Shown here piece after piece: positions 33,711 to 46,269 of a stretch of DNA of 64,000 nt (within the stretch, counting starts at the first letter, position 1; each line of letters opens with the position of its first letter). The stretch spans positions 4,650,001 to 4,714,000 of the forward strand of contig JBHGNT010000009.1 in assembly GCA_043228905.1 (NCBI GenBank), read 5' to 3'. The notes below the pieces were generated by a model. That model was not told the origin of the DNA. It worked only from the letters and a program-made list of their open reading frames with translations, and searched no databases. The stretch is from Azolla caroliniana. Its lineage: Eukaryota; Plantae; Polypodiophyta. The position numbers were made by a program, and so were the translations under genes.

Positions 33711-36700
33711 CAAGAAAGAAGAGCGCGTGGATTGCAAGGAGAAGCAACATGTGTCACACCTAGTGGCGCATGTAAACTAGTACTACCCGACAAGAAGCAC
33801 AAGCGCCGGATACAAGAATTCGAGAAGATGCTGAAACAAGAGAACATAATAGAAGAAGGAGAGTTCATGACTCATATTATGGAAGAAGCCTCATTTAACG
33901 ACACCATCGGCAAAATCGAGGACGTCGTGGACTTGAGCTATCTTCACAACCAACGTGTGATTTCGGTTAACTCTGTCAACATGTACGCTATCATCGATGA
34001 ATACCGTCGTGGCATCTCGATGAATGAAGCTGACATCAACACGAAATATAAAACAGTGGATAAGAAGATCAAGCCAGTTGCGGTTCCGCTACCGGAAGAT
34101 AGCTGGCAAAAGATGAAGGAAGTCACTAACGATCCAAGCTTAAGAGATCCGAAGAAGATAGGTCATGACTTCACCAAAGAGACGAAGGGGAAGCTACGAG
34201 TTGGAAAGGAGGATTTCCTTTTCCCTGAAGAGGAGCGAATGTTTCGCGATATGCTTGAGAGACATGGGAAGGCTTTCGCATTCTTCCCACGAGAAATCGG
34301 ATGCGCCGACCCAAAGGTTATAGAGCCAATGGTGATCTTCACGGTGCCTCATGTGCCTTGGAACTTGAAACCGATACCGGTTCCGAGAGCACACCTTCCG
34401 AAGCTGATCGAGCTCTTAAAGGAGAAGGTGAGTATGGGAATTCTAGAACCGTCGAATGCTCCTTATTCCAATAGGTGGTTCACGGTGCCGAAGAAGAATG
34501 GATCATTGCGATTCATCCAAGATCTTCAACCCGTCAACAAGGTGACAATTCGAAATGCCGGAATCGGTCCGAGCGTGGACGAATTTGCCGAAGCATTTGC
34601 GGGCCGGTCCATCTACTCCATTGGCGATCTCTACTCCGGATATGACCAATTCCAATTGGCGATCGACAGACGGGACTTTACAACCATGAGGACTCCGATC
34701 GGGCTTGTGCGGATGTGTACCTTACCCCAAGGCGCAACGAACTCGGTGGCTCATATGGTGAATGCCATGAATAAAGTCTTGAAGGATTGCATTCCGGACA
34801 TCACAATGCCATTCTTGGATGATATTCCGATAAAAGGATGTTCGGATGAGGAGAAAGATGAATCGAAAGATAAGGAAGGTTGTAGAAAGTTCGTTGCGGA
34901 TCATATGAAAGATTGCGAGAAGGTGCTTCAAAGGCTCGAAGATGCGAATTTGACATTTTCGGGAGAAAAATCCGCATTCGGGCAACCGGAGATCTTGTTG
35001 GTAGGTCACTTGTGTGGAGCATACGGCCGGAAGCCCTCGCCATCCAAAGTGAACGCAATCCAAGACATGAAAGAAGAATGCAAAAACCAAACGGAGGTTC
35101 GAAGGTTCCTTGGAGCGTGCGCGTTTTATCATATATGGATTCCTCACTACGCTCATGTCGCCGAACCGTTATATGGACTACTAAAGAAAAGAATAAAGTT
35201 CGAATGGCGAGACGAGCACACAGAGGCGATGCGAAGATTAAAGAAACTGCTTCTTGAAGCTCCGGCACTAAGGAAGGCCGACTATGCCGAAGGGAAACCA
35301 ATTTATGTGACCGTAGATACGAGCCCAACCGGAATCGGGTGGGTCATCAATCAAGAAGGTGAAGATAATGCGCGATATGCCATCCGGTTTGGAGCAAAGG
35401 TTCTCAGCGAACGGCAACAAAGATATGCCCAAGTCAAGCGGGAACTTTGGGGTATTGTGTCGGCAGTGAAGACGGACAAAGATTACCTGATCGGATCAGA
35501 AGTGATAATAGAGACAGATTGTCTCCCAATTCTCGGAATGGTCTCGGGATGTGCGACCCCAGATCTTGCTATGCTAAGGTGGATCGCCTACATCAAGTCT
35601 TTAAACCCAGAGATCCGTCACATCGCAGGGAAGAAGAACGCCATGGCTGACATGCTGTCGAGGGCAAGATTTTCAAATGGAAGTAACATGGTTTCGGAAG
35701 ATGAAGATGTCGCCCTCGACTTCTTCAAGATGGCTCGATTGTCGGCGGAAGACCAGGACACGCAAACCCTCCACGCCTTCAACGAGAACGAGTACGAAGG
35801 AGAATGGTTACTCATCGGTAGATTCCTAAGAACATTGACGACAGATGCTTCGTTGACAAAGGAGGAGGCCCTACGAATCCGAAAGAAAGCTTACCGATAC
35901 TTCTTGAAGGGAGGATTCCTTTGGCGACATCCAAAAAGGACAGGAATACCACGTCGAGTGGTGGTAAAGAAAGAAGAGCAAGAGACGCTGATGACCGAAT
36001 TCCACGAGAGTGCTTGGGCAGGTCATAGAGGAACATGGGCGACGTTCGAAAAGTTGAAGGAGAAGTACTGGTGGCCAAGCATGTACAAAGATGTACTCCA
36101 TTTCGTGTCCACATGCGAAACTTGCCAAGTATATTCAAATATACGTCATCGTGATGAGTTAAAGCCGACATACCCACTCACCATACACTTCAAATGGATG
36201 GTGGATCTGGTCTCGATGCCAATGGGAGTGGGACAAATGAAGTACTTAGCGCTGGCAAGGGAAGACTTGACAAATCAAGTGGAAGGACGAGCCTTGACAA
36301 ATAAGACGACTTCAGCCGTTTGCAAATTTCTACTTGAAGATGTTGTTTGCCGATATGGATGTGTAGGGAAGATAGTGGCCGACCGAGGGGAGTTGGACGC
36401 GCACGAAGCGACGGAGCTCTTCGAAAGACTAGGCGTGAAGCTCTCCCTCACGACTGCCTACAATCCGGAAGCAAATGGGAAGATCGAGCGAGGGCATGGA
36501 CCTATCGTTAAAGCCATCGTACGGGCATGCAACGGTCGAGTCGGGAATTGGCCACGACTATTACCCTATGCCTTGTGGGCCGATAGAACGACACATAGCT
36601 CGGTGACAGGGTATATGCCGACGGAGCTTATGTATGGACAAAAGCCGATTATGCCCATCGAAAGAACGATCACCTCATGGGTAGCGATACCGTGGGAGAA

Positions 36701-37139
36701 CGAGATGAGCCGAGAAGAGTTATTAGCGGCGCGGATAAGGCAACTTGAAAGAAGACCTGAAGATTTAGGAAAAGCGCGAAAGATGATGAAGGCAGCCCGA
36801 GTAAAGAACAAAGTTCGGTTCGACAACACACATCGACTTCGTCCCAAGAAGATTGAAGAAGGGGATTGGGTTTTGGTTTACGACAGCACCCTTGACAATC
36901 AACACAGTACAACAAGGAAGTTCGCAAGAAGATGGTTCAGGCCGTATGTGGTGACAAGTGCCAACGATAATGCCACATACCACCTTGCGGAACTAGACGA
37001 ATCAAGGTTGGCCGTACCCATTGCGGGAAAAAGAGTAAAGCTTTTCAAGAAAAGACAAGACAAGGATCCTGACCTCGATTACCTCAACGATGAACATAAT
37101 AGGCCGGATGAAAATGAAGACATGGACAAATCTAATTGA
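33648..37139 (+). CDS. RT-RNase H-integrase of element I, in the -1 frame relative to gag
   Basis: Open from 33648 to TAA at 37139. Motifs DLYSGYDQF, LPQGATNS, FLDD, VDTS, HHCC finger, WMVDL/VADRGE/NGKIER. No chromodomain. Confidence 0.92.
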   Translation, partial: GFLERTIEAWGTNSPSNHKTPQERRARGLQGEATCVTPSGACKLVLPDKKHKRRIQEFEKMLKQENIIEEGEFMTHIMEEASFNDTIGKIEDVVDLSYLHNQRVISVNSVNMYAIIDEYRRGISMNEADINTKYKTVDKKIKPVAVPLPEDSWQKMKEVTNDPSLRDPKKIGHDFTKETKGKLRVGKEDFLFPEEERMFRDMLERHGKAFAFFPREIGCADPKVIEPMVIFTVPHVPWNLKPIPVPRAHLPKLIELLKEKVSMGILEPSNAPYSNRWFTVPKKNGSLRFIQDLQPVNKVTIRNAGIGPSVDEFAEAFAGRSIYSIGDLYSGYDQFQLAIDRRDFTTMRTPIGLVRMCTLPQGATNSVAHMVNAMNKVLKDCIPDITMPFLDDIPIKGCSDEEKDESKDKEGCRKFVADHMKDCEKVLQRLEDANLTFSGEKSAFGQPEILLVGHLCGAYGRKPSPSKVNAIQDMKEECKNQTEVRRFLGACAFYHIWIPHYAHVAEPLYGLLKKRIKFEWRDEHTEAMRRLKKLLLEAPALRKADYAEGKPIYVTVDTSPTGIGWVINQEGEDNARYAIRFGAKVLSERQQRYAQVKRELWGIVSAVKTDKDYLIGSEVIIETDCLPILGMVSGCATPDLAMLRWIAYIKSLNPEIRHIAGKKNAMADMLSRARFSNGSNMVSEDEDVALDFFKMARLSAEDQDTQTLHAFNENEYEGEWLLIGRFLRTLTTDASLTKEEALRIRKKAYRYFLKGGFLWRHPKRTGIPRRVVVKKEEQETLMTEFHESAWAGHRGTWATFEKLKEKYWWPSMYKDVLHFVSTCETCQVYSNIRHRDELKPTYPLTIHFKWMVDLVSMPMGVGQMKYLALAREDLTNQVEGRALTNKTTSAVCKFLLEDVVCRYGCVGKIVADRGELDAHEATELFERLGVKLSLTTAYNPEANGKIERGHGPIVKAIVRACNGRVGNWPRLLPYALWADRTTHSSVTGYMPTELMYGQKPIMPIERTITSWVAIPWENEMSREELLAARIRQLERRPEDLGKARKMMKAARVKNKVRFDNTHRLRPKKIEEGDWVLVYDSTLDNQHSTTRKFARRWFRPYVVTSANDNATYHLAELDESRLAVPIAGKRVKLFKKRQDKDPDLDYLNDEHNRPDENEDMDKSN

Positions 37140-37211
37140 TCATCGTAGCCGAAATCTCACTTCTTCTCTTCTTGGCACGTACCGGAGGACGTGCGGTTTG
37201 GTGGGGGTGGA

Positions 37212-38245
37212 TGTCGTGAAGATTTTCGGCAATAGTGTGAAAATCCCATAAAACGTACAAAATCGAGTATGAATCATGTAATACAATAATTGTGAAGATA
37301 ACATTTTTAATATCTAAGTACAAAATGATGGAGGTTTCGAATGCACTTTATTACACGAGAAATGGACAACTAAATGTCAAGATATGAGGGTATAAAGTTT
37401 GTGAAAAGAAAAGAGAAAATTGTGAGATATCCCACATAGGCACGACAAATACGTCTCTCATCATATATAAGGAGGAGCAAAAGATAATATCTTTGTGTCT
37501 ATGTGTGGAGCATAGAGAGTTCAAGGTAACTTGAACTTAGACTGGAGGTGGCTAGCTACTCGTAAAGGGTTTTGGCCAACCAAAACCGGACCGGCGATGG
37601 AGCCAGTGATCCGATGGCATCCGACCGCAATCCGATGGCGGCATGCGGCACCGGTACCCGGCGTTGGCATCCGGCGGCGGCACCGGTATCCGGCGGCGGC
37701 ATCCGGCATCCGGCAACGGTATCCGGCGAACCGGCGACTAGATAAAATAAATATATAAAAATATATACATATTTACATATACAAGGAGGGCAAGTATGGA
37801 TTCGAACCTTGCACCTCCAAGTTAAGAGTCAAATGGCTTACCATTAAGCCATAATATTTAGTTGAAATTATATTTCTATCATTGTACTTTTACATGTAAA
37901 TTCTCATCCATGAGTGCTAAAATGAGTGACATGGTTAGCATGCACCACATGTAATACTTAAGCGCCAAATGGCAAACATGCAATTTATGCATGTCTTGTA
38001 CCCTCACATGCATCATATGCATGAGAGCATCTATAAAAGAGGGAAGGGGGAGGAGAAAAACACGGTTTTTTTTTTATGAAAATTAAGAAGAAGAAATTCG
38101 TTATCAAAGCAATCGTGTAATCTCATCTTCTCTCTTTCCCAATCTTTCTTAAGTACTTTCTCGCCAAACGACTCTAAATCCTTCTGGTTCAGAACCCCGG
38201 CGGTTCCGCCTCACGATCCGCGCGTAGTGACGGATCTTCACAACA
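37212..38245 (+). repeat. 3' LTR of element I (1034 bp)
   Basis: Direct repeat of 30373-31391 with a few substitutions and indels, concentrated in the GC-rich repeat block. Confidence 0.95.
37757..37858 (-). ncRNA. Second copy of the tRNA-derived Pol III cassette (I 3' LTR)
   Basis: A-box at 37851-37841, B-box at 37808-37798 and T5 at 37761-37757. The anticodon-like loop here reads CTCTTAA. Confidence 0.6.
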
Positions 38246-39620
38246 ACGATGAGATGGGGCATCAACATAACATACATCGGTGTGAACCAACTCTAAGGCA
38301 TGCTCTCTCCTCATTAGAGGCCTAGAGTGAAAAGTTGTTCTATTTTGCTTTCCAGCCAGGCAATCCACACACTTTTCCAAATGTATTCCTTTCACCTCTG
38401 GTAGGAAATCCTTTTCCACAAGGATATGCATTCCCCTTTCACTCATGTGTCCAAGCCTTTTATGCCATAACTCACCATCTGAGCCAGCCACTACATTTGC
38501 TTCCTCTCGACACAACTTCGCATACATTACATACAATGTGTTCTATTTTTGGGCTCAAGCCACAATCAGGTTCCCCTTACAGAACTTCCATGTACCATTT
38601 CGGAAGCCACCACTGTACCCGTCATCATCTAGCCGTCCAGCCGATATCAGATTCAATCTGACATCCGGAACATGGCGTACATCCTTCAATATCATCCTGC
38701 AACCAGTAGATGTTAGCAAACACATAGTTCCTATGCCCACAATCTTGCATTCACCGTCATTTCCCATCCTTACATGGCCGTAGTCACCGGTTGTGTAAGA
38801 TGAAAAACATTCTCTTTTGGGAGTTAGGTGAAAAGATGCACCGGAATCCACTACCCATGAGCACTCATCATTTACAAGATTCACGCTATCTTGTTCACAG
38901 ATGAATAACATCTCTTCCTCACTAGTTGCAATGGTTGAGGTATTTTTATCATCAGAAAATTTTTTGGGTTCGACCTCGTTAGCCATGCCTTTGTCCTTTC
39001 TAAGATGTCGACAATTCTTTTGGAAGTGACCGGGCTTCCCACAATAAAAGCATGTAGGTCTTCCTCTAGACTTTGACCTTCCATAAAACCTATCTTCATT
39101 TTCTGGGCTTCTATGCTCTCTTCTACCTCGACTAAATTCTTGGGTCACATTAGCTTCCGACTGAGACAGGACATTTTTGTCTTTTCTTCTTGTCTCTTCA
39201 TTTAAAATACTCGTCTTTACTACTTGTAAAGATAAGTTGTCTTCTTTACATGAAGTGTTGAGTGTTACTATTAAGTTTTCCCAACTATCTGGGAGAGTAC
39301 ATATCAATAGTGTGGCCTGCATACAGTCATCTAATGGGAACTTTGATGAGGCTAACTGATTCACTAGTCCCATAAACGCATTGATATGCTCTACAATGCT
39401 CTCCCCATCTATGTACTTCAGTCTCACTATCTTCCTTATCAAGAAGGTATTATTTAAGGCATTTTTCCTTTCATAGAGGGCAGAAAGTTTATGCCATAGT
39501 TCGAAGGCATTGGTGTCACTCGCTACATGTTGTAGAACACTAATGTCTACACATTGTCTCATAGTCGCCACTGCCTTCCTATTTAGAATTCTCCACTCCG
39601 ACTCTATTACCCCCATCCAT
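38246..39620 (-). pseudogene. gag-PR-pre-integrase of Copia H
   Basis: ORFs 38555-39616 and 38189-38536 carry CFYCGKPGHFQKNC, WVVDSGASFH and LWHKRLGHMSE. One in-frame stop. The gag N-terminus is shortened. Confidence 0.92.
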
Positions 39621-41675
39621 CTAGAACCTAGGCTCTGATACCAGTTTGATAGAATTTCACTCAGACAAAAAATCAGAAATCAAACTTAGACCCAAACAGA
39701 AAATGAAGAACACACGATTTACGTGGAAAACCCTGATTTCAGGGAAAAACCACGGGAATAGGAAATTTCACTATGAGCAATTACGGAATACAATCAGAAC
39801 AATAAAACCTGATTTGGTATGGGAGTGTGCTGAAACCACGATTTTAGCCGACCGCATCCAAACCCTAGCACATAGACGTCTATTCCTTTTGAAGCTTCCC
39901 AAGCTTCTCTGTCTTTCACTCTCTGTTTCTCTTTTGATTCTCTCTTCTTTTCTTCTCTCTTAGCTTCTGAGTACGTATACTCTTACACAGCCACTACTGT
40001 GTAGAAAAATCAGTCGTTCTCAGAGTTACGCATACATACAACTCGTTTTTCCCTCATACATATATACTGCCAGGCCTGGTAGCATATATATATACTAGGT
40101 CGTTTTTACTTTATATGTAAGAAGGCATATGTATATGTATATGTGTCCATTTGATTGAGTACGAATTCGGCTTTCTCACCGAATTCGGTCAATTGACCCC
40201 CGATTCGGTTCTTCGGCAAACCGACCATTCTTTTGCTCTCTGACCGACTTCGGCCAAATTCGGTAATCCGACTATTTTCGGCTTCTCAACCGATTTTGAC
40301 CAGCCGACTCTTAAGTCGACTTTTCAGTCGACTCCCCCGCAAGGAGGGACACCTTTACACAACACTATCTTTGCTCCATTCAGCCCAAAAGCAAGCCAAT
40401 TCTAATGGCCATAGCAAATTATTTACTGCAAAAATATTTCCATAGGCAGTGTCAGATACCGGATGCTCTTGTATTTCCTTTCATGCAACCAAGCACTCTC
40501 TCACCACCGCTGTATTCCATAAAACATCTTCGTGATGTTTATCTTACAGTTCTAGAATAGGACTTATAATCACCATGTCATGTTTCTGAGCGAGAGAACT
40601 TGCAAAAACTTTATGGATTCTCAATAGGTTAACACAAGATTAACTTCAACACATTAAAATTTAAACCTTTATTAGGTCCAAAATCCCCTAAGTGTTTACA
40701 ATCGATAATCCTTTTATAAAATAGGGTTTGCAATGTCATTGTGAATAATCGCAATAGTGACTATAAGAAATATTTGAAATCGTAGCTATGAAGGTATAGT
40801 TCGGTTGAGCTAACGATGAGGATTTGAGCTTTGTGGTATTGACAAAGCTTCTTCACCCACAACCAATGGCAAACACCACCTCTTGTTTATGTGTTTTCGT
40901 GAAATTTTGAGCTCTCTTCCACGACTACTAGCCAAATATCGTTCCTTCCCTACAACACGGCAACATGTTATGATGGCTCAATGGGGGTCTAGATAAAACA
41001 AGATGAGAAGAAGATAACGAGGAGATCAAACGAGAGGTGATCCAACTCCACTCTCTCATTCACATTCCCCACTCTAAACTCCAAGTAGGAAATAATCTGA
41101 AGAAACCCTTTTAAAAAAAGGATCTCCAAAATGCCAAAAATCAAACACCAAAATAAGCACCTCCTCTCCCCTTGTTAAAGTGAGAGAGGCACCACCAGGC
41201 ACATTTAATGCTCACCCAGTCCTCTTCCATAATATATGAAAAGGGATAGGTTCCTTTCTGCGCCAAATTGGACTTGAACTCTACACCTTCGTTTATATCA
41301 TTATTAACTTTTCAAGAGCTCAGGAAGTGATTTTGTGTCTCTCAACACCTGATAGGATTATTCCTTAAGTTTGTGAATGTTTGACGGACTCACAATGGAT
41401 TGGGCCACCATAAAAAAAGCATGGAGTTGCTTTGAACAGCCACGACAATCATATTATTGTGCTTCGTCAAGTGTCTAAGCTCCAATAGGAAGAGACACCT
41501 ACAATAACACCAAGAACACCATTGCAATGGAAAGGAGGGATCAAGTAAACAAGGGGCAAGGGTCAACAATGAACGTTCTATAAGGACTAGCTGGGAGTTC
41601 AACCGTAGATAAGCTTACAAAGATGGTGAGGGATCTCCAAATGGCCCAAGCAAGGGGGGATGGTGTGCATCCTCT

Positions 41676-42167
41676 TAGCAATGGGCATGGTTCAGTTCAG
41701 TTTCAATGCAAAGAAACCGAACTTAACCGAAACCAAACCGTTTATATCAAACAAAAATCAAACCAAACCATTTATAAACTCTGAAGTATTGAAACCAAAC
41801 CATTTAAGAAAAAGTAAAACCAAACCATTTAGGAAAAAGGTGAAACCGAACTGAACCATTTAATAAAAAATTTAAACCTAACCATTTAAGTCAAACTAAT
41901 TAAATTGTTAAATAAATAAAAATACATTAAATTAAATAAGCATTTAAGTTAAATTTATTAAATCAATAAAAAACCATTAAATTAATAAACTATTAAGGTA
42001 AAAAAATGTTAACCAAAAACCTATAAACCCGAGTTTTAGAACTGAACCGAACCGTTTATTCTAAAATCCAAACCAAACCAAACCGTTAATTTTTTGGGAA
42101 CCAATAAATTGTTAAACCATGGCCTATGGATTCAGTTCAGTTTGAGCCAAAATCGTGCCCATTGCTC
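41676..42167. mobile_element. hAT-type MITE (492 bp)
   Basis: TIRs AGCAATGGGCATG / CGTGCCCATTGCT (one mismatch). 8-bp TSD CATCCTCT/CATCCTCC. Many AAACCG/AAACCA subterminal motifs and an AT-rich core. Confidence 0.8.
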
Positions 42168-45100
42168 CATCCTCCTCAAGATCGACGACCCACATTCGTG
42201 ACATATGTTCTAAGAAGCCTCATCATGATCACCAAGTGTCGTCGACCTTTTTTCTCGATGTAGTGAGTGTTGGATAAGTATGTCATTCTACCTTGCCAAG
42301 GAATATTTGATCTCCAAGTCCCGAAAAAGTTGGCACTCTTAGATGTCCAAATGCTTTTCTACTCCACAAGTAAGATGAGGATCATGTAAGTATCATTCTA
42401 CCTTGAACACCTTCACTTAGTCCTTTTATCCCATACCTCTCTATGCACATCTTGCATTTAACCAAAACCTGATTGTAAGGAAGAAAGCTACCTAAGGACA
42501 ACATCTTAATGTTACATGCACCAAATAGAACCCTTACACCAAGTAATTTGAACACTTACAAACACAAATATAAGATGAAAACAAGACGAGATATATTACA
42601 CACCATATACAATTTGAGATTGAGATGATAACCGCTTTCTATTATTGGATGTTGTTATTCTTGTTGTCACTATTGTTTTTATAATTGTGCAACCTTCATG
42701 CAACTTTTCTTTAGTCGTTGGTAGGTCATTATCCCACCTTTCAACTTTAATTATGTATTCATTGGTCAACTAACCAACACCATCATAATAATTAATTAGT
42801 TCAATGGCTTCTTGAAGTGCATGTATATTTCCCTATTTTTACACAATTTTATACACCATTTGACCTTCTCACCATTTCACACTTGCCGAAATGTTAAGTA
42901 ATTCATTGTCCCTTTGTGGTGTTAACTCTTAAATCTTGATCAATAATGATTGTCGTACCTTAAATAGGGCTAATAGATTTTACATGTTGTTAAAAATTCA
43001 AAATTGAAGTGATCTATTCACTAGGACAAACAAGTAAATCAAATATCAAGGGCAACTATCCCAAGATGAGCAGAGGATGCATTTGAATTTGTCCAATAAT
43101 TGAGAGATTGTTGGTTGAAGCAAATATTTTTCTATCCTAGATTTAGGAAAGTTTCCATACACATATGCATACAATGGACTTAAATTGAAGAGGTTAATGC
43201 CCTCAATTGAAGGGGTGTGTTACAAGGAACACTAGAGACACATTAAACTTGAAAGTTGATATATCAAAACTAGATGGTGCAATATTATGCTTCAACTGTG
43301 TGTAGATTGATGACACAAACATTGTCAAGTGAAATTACTTCAAGCATGTAGATCTAGTCAAGACTCGAGCTCAGATACGGCGATTAAACTAGTATCAGTA
43401 AATTAATAATACATGTCAAGTGAGATTTGGTTCCAACGAATATTCGGTAAGTAGAACATCAAATAGTTTTGTTCGTTGTATTGTAATCTTAATGCAAGTA
43501 CTTTTTAAAGAGAACATTTTTTAGTAATATTAGTCATCAAATTAGGTATACATAATACAAATTATTATGGCTTAAAAAATCAGTGATAGATAATACCTAA
43601 TTATTTATACAAAATCCATGACATGAATGTGATCATTTTCCTAATCATAAGAATCAAATTGAGGTGCTCAAAAGACAAAACTATTGAAATTTAACATCCA
43701 AATAAGATTCTTCTTGTTAATGTTTACACCTCACCTTGTGGCTAAAAACATTATCTTGATAAAAAGGCATTACTTCGACGTTAGTATTTGTAATGCCCTC
43801 GCTTGTAATATACCATAAACAATTGATTTATGTGGACAATATTTTAAGCACAACTTTCAAAAGATTATAAGATGTTTTTCCATTAATTATAATTTATCGA
43901 TATCTTCTCGAAACACAATTCTATATTCATGTAAAAGTGTATGGATGTAAGATAGATGAAGACTTTTTCATGCTTTATATGATCTCTTCACTACTTTTTA
44001 CGACATGTTTGTCCTTTTACTTGACATCTCTTTTGACTAATGAGCCACACAAGAAAATTCCACTGGCATTTTCAGGATTCTAATAAGGAGGCTTTGTAAG
44101 TCGTATATTGACATTCATCGTTTTCAAGAGCGTGCATTTCATTCTGACACTTAGGCATAGAGATCAACTATTAACAAAAGTGTTCTCTATAGAGTGAGGA
44201 TGAAAAGGCATTGATTATTTTGGAAGGATGACGACAACGATCATTCATGGATGAACAAGAAAGTGACTTGAACCATACTCCCTTCATCACATTATCTATA
44301 AATAATCGAAACAAGTTGCATAATGATGATTTGAGCCCATTCATGGGAAATTGATCAATCTTTTACTCAATGGCATTTGTACATAGTAAAGAAAGACAGG
44401 TTAATAAAGAGCCATAACCTCAAGAGTTTTCCGAATTTGAGTTACATCAAAAGTTTGAAGGTAGTAGGAGAGAAAGTGATAAGCTTTTATGCTTTTGTGG
44501 ATGTGTGAAGAAAATAATAGAGTTGGTATGGTGTTGACTCATATCATTAACCCATGGGAATCGAAAAATAGAACCAGGGGAATATAGGATAAAATGCAAG
44601 AGGCCTTCGGGAATATTTGTTATTGTAATCATATCACATTCATTTTCCTAGGCTAAAATTACACCAATGCACCATTTGTATTGTGTTGTGATGATGAAAT
44701 GTTCATGATATTATATATTATATATCTTTAAAATTAATTTATGTCTATCCATTTTGAGCTCTACCAAATAGGACGTGACAGTTGACATTAGGCAATGTTC
44801 TTACTTATCTTGGTAGAAGTTTGTGGCTTCATGTTTTTCTTATATCTCCAAGCAATGATTCCATAAACCAATTGTATTGTATTGCCCACATAGATGCCCT
44901 TAAGAGCATTAAAATGATTGTTTAGAGAAAACCCTAAATACTTACGCCTTCATTTTTCTTTGGAATGATTTCAAAATATCCTTATATTAGCATTAAACAA
45001 GCCCTTGAAATCCTTTTATCCGAAGGTAGCAAGCCATATATGTAGTTTTACATCACTAGCAAGTTGAGAAGGATGGCCATCAATTGCACTGTTTCCAATG

Positions 45101-46269
45101 TACAAAAAAACATACAAAGTTCCCCATCTATAGCATTTGTGAGAGGTGAGTGAGGTCATCGCGTCAAGGTTAAAAATGCTTATGGCGTAGAAAAATATTT
45201 CATTCTAGATATAAATGCATCAAGTTGTTTCTTTGGTGACTAGAACTACACACTATTGTAAGCACGATACAAAAAACAATGGTCAATTACTTGACTAAAA
45301 GGGTTAGCACTGTATCTAGTTTGTAGGCTTTTGCACCAACCAAACGTGCTATTTGTCAACATTACACATTATATTCCGTCCAACAATGTTATTTCTTGAC
45401 ATTATAAACACGTGAATGTCATCCAAACATGCTATTTGTTGGCATTACACACATGTGACTCCGCCCATTCAAGAGCGTGCGATTAGGAAACCCAAGTACA
45501 CGACATCCCTAGAAAAAACGTCAAATCGAAAACAAACAAAAATAAATGTAGCTAAAAAATGGAGAACCAAATCAACTTGTATAAACCTATACATACCGTA
45601 GCATAAGCAAACACACCCATAAACATCACAAAGATGGTCAAAAACACGAATCGGTAGATTTGCAAGATTGAATTTTTTTTGACATCATAGACACTGGGGT
45701 CCCATCCAATCATGTTGTTTGCCGACATCACACGCATGTGGCTCTATCAATTCAAGAGCATGCGATGAGGAAACTCGAATCGAAGATGAATGGTTGTCCC
45801 CAGAGAAAAGCTTCAATCCGACGAGTAGACTAAATAACTCGGCTGGAAAAAACACTGACATGGATGATCATATCGCCTCGCACAGGTGCACATATATAGC
45901 AACACACACATGTAGATGGATACGTACGCATGAATGTATATATATATATGTATGTATATTTGTATTTATATGTGTGTATACATGTATGTATGTATGTATG
46001 TATATATGCATAGTACATAATATACTCAAATGCATAGGCAAACATTCGTTTTCATACGAATGAAAAAGAATGCGTGTGTTATCAAAACATTCTTATGTTT
46101 TTTTTATACATTTTTTACCTTAACTTTCTTACCTTTAAAAAAATTTACCTTGTAATAAATAATGAATACAGAAGTATGGTATTTACCATACTTATTAAAT
46201 ACCATACTTATTGGGTGTTTACCATACTCGAATGCGAATTCACGTATGGTGCATACTATGTATAATACA

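Larger units (their letters stand above)
30373..38245 (+). mobile_element. Full-length, ORF-intact Ylt1-like Ty3/gypsy element I
   Basis: LTRs 30373-31391 and 37212-38245. Trp PBS at 31400-31417 and G-rich PPT at ~37195-37211. 4-bp TSD ACGA (30369-30372 / 38246-38249). Removing the element and one TSD copy restores the Copia frame VDAPSHRGGQYFV. Confidence 0.95.
27164..40364 (-). mobile_element. Ty1/Copia element H (Tnt1/Tork-like), interrupted by element I
   Basis: LTRs 27164-27869 (terminal TG mutated to TT) and 39647-40364. Perfect TSD CTATC. Met PBS at 39632-39643 and PPT at ~27871-27882. Confidence 0.95.

Noticed and set aside
42600-45300. Degenerate DNA-transposon (Mutator/CACTA) coding remnant
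   Set aside because: Only scattered Cys/His traces, with no ORF, TIR or TSD that I could support.
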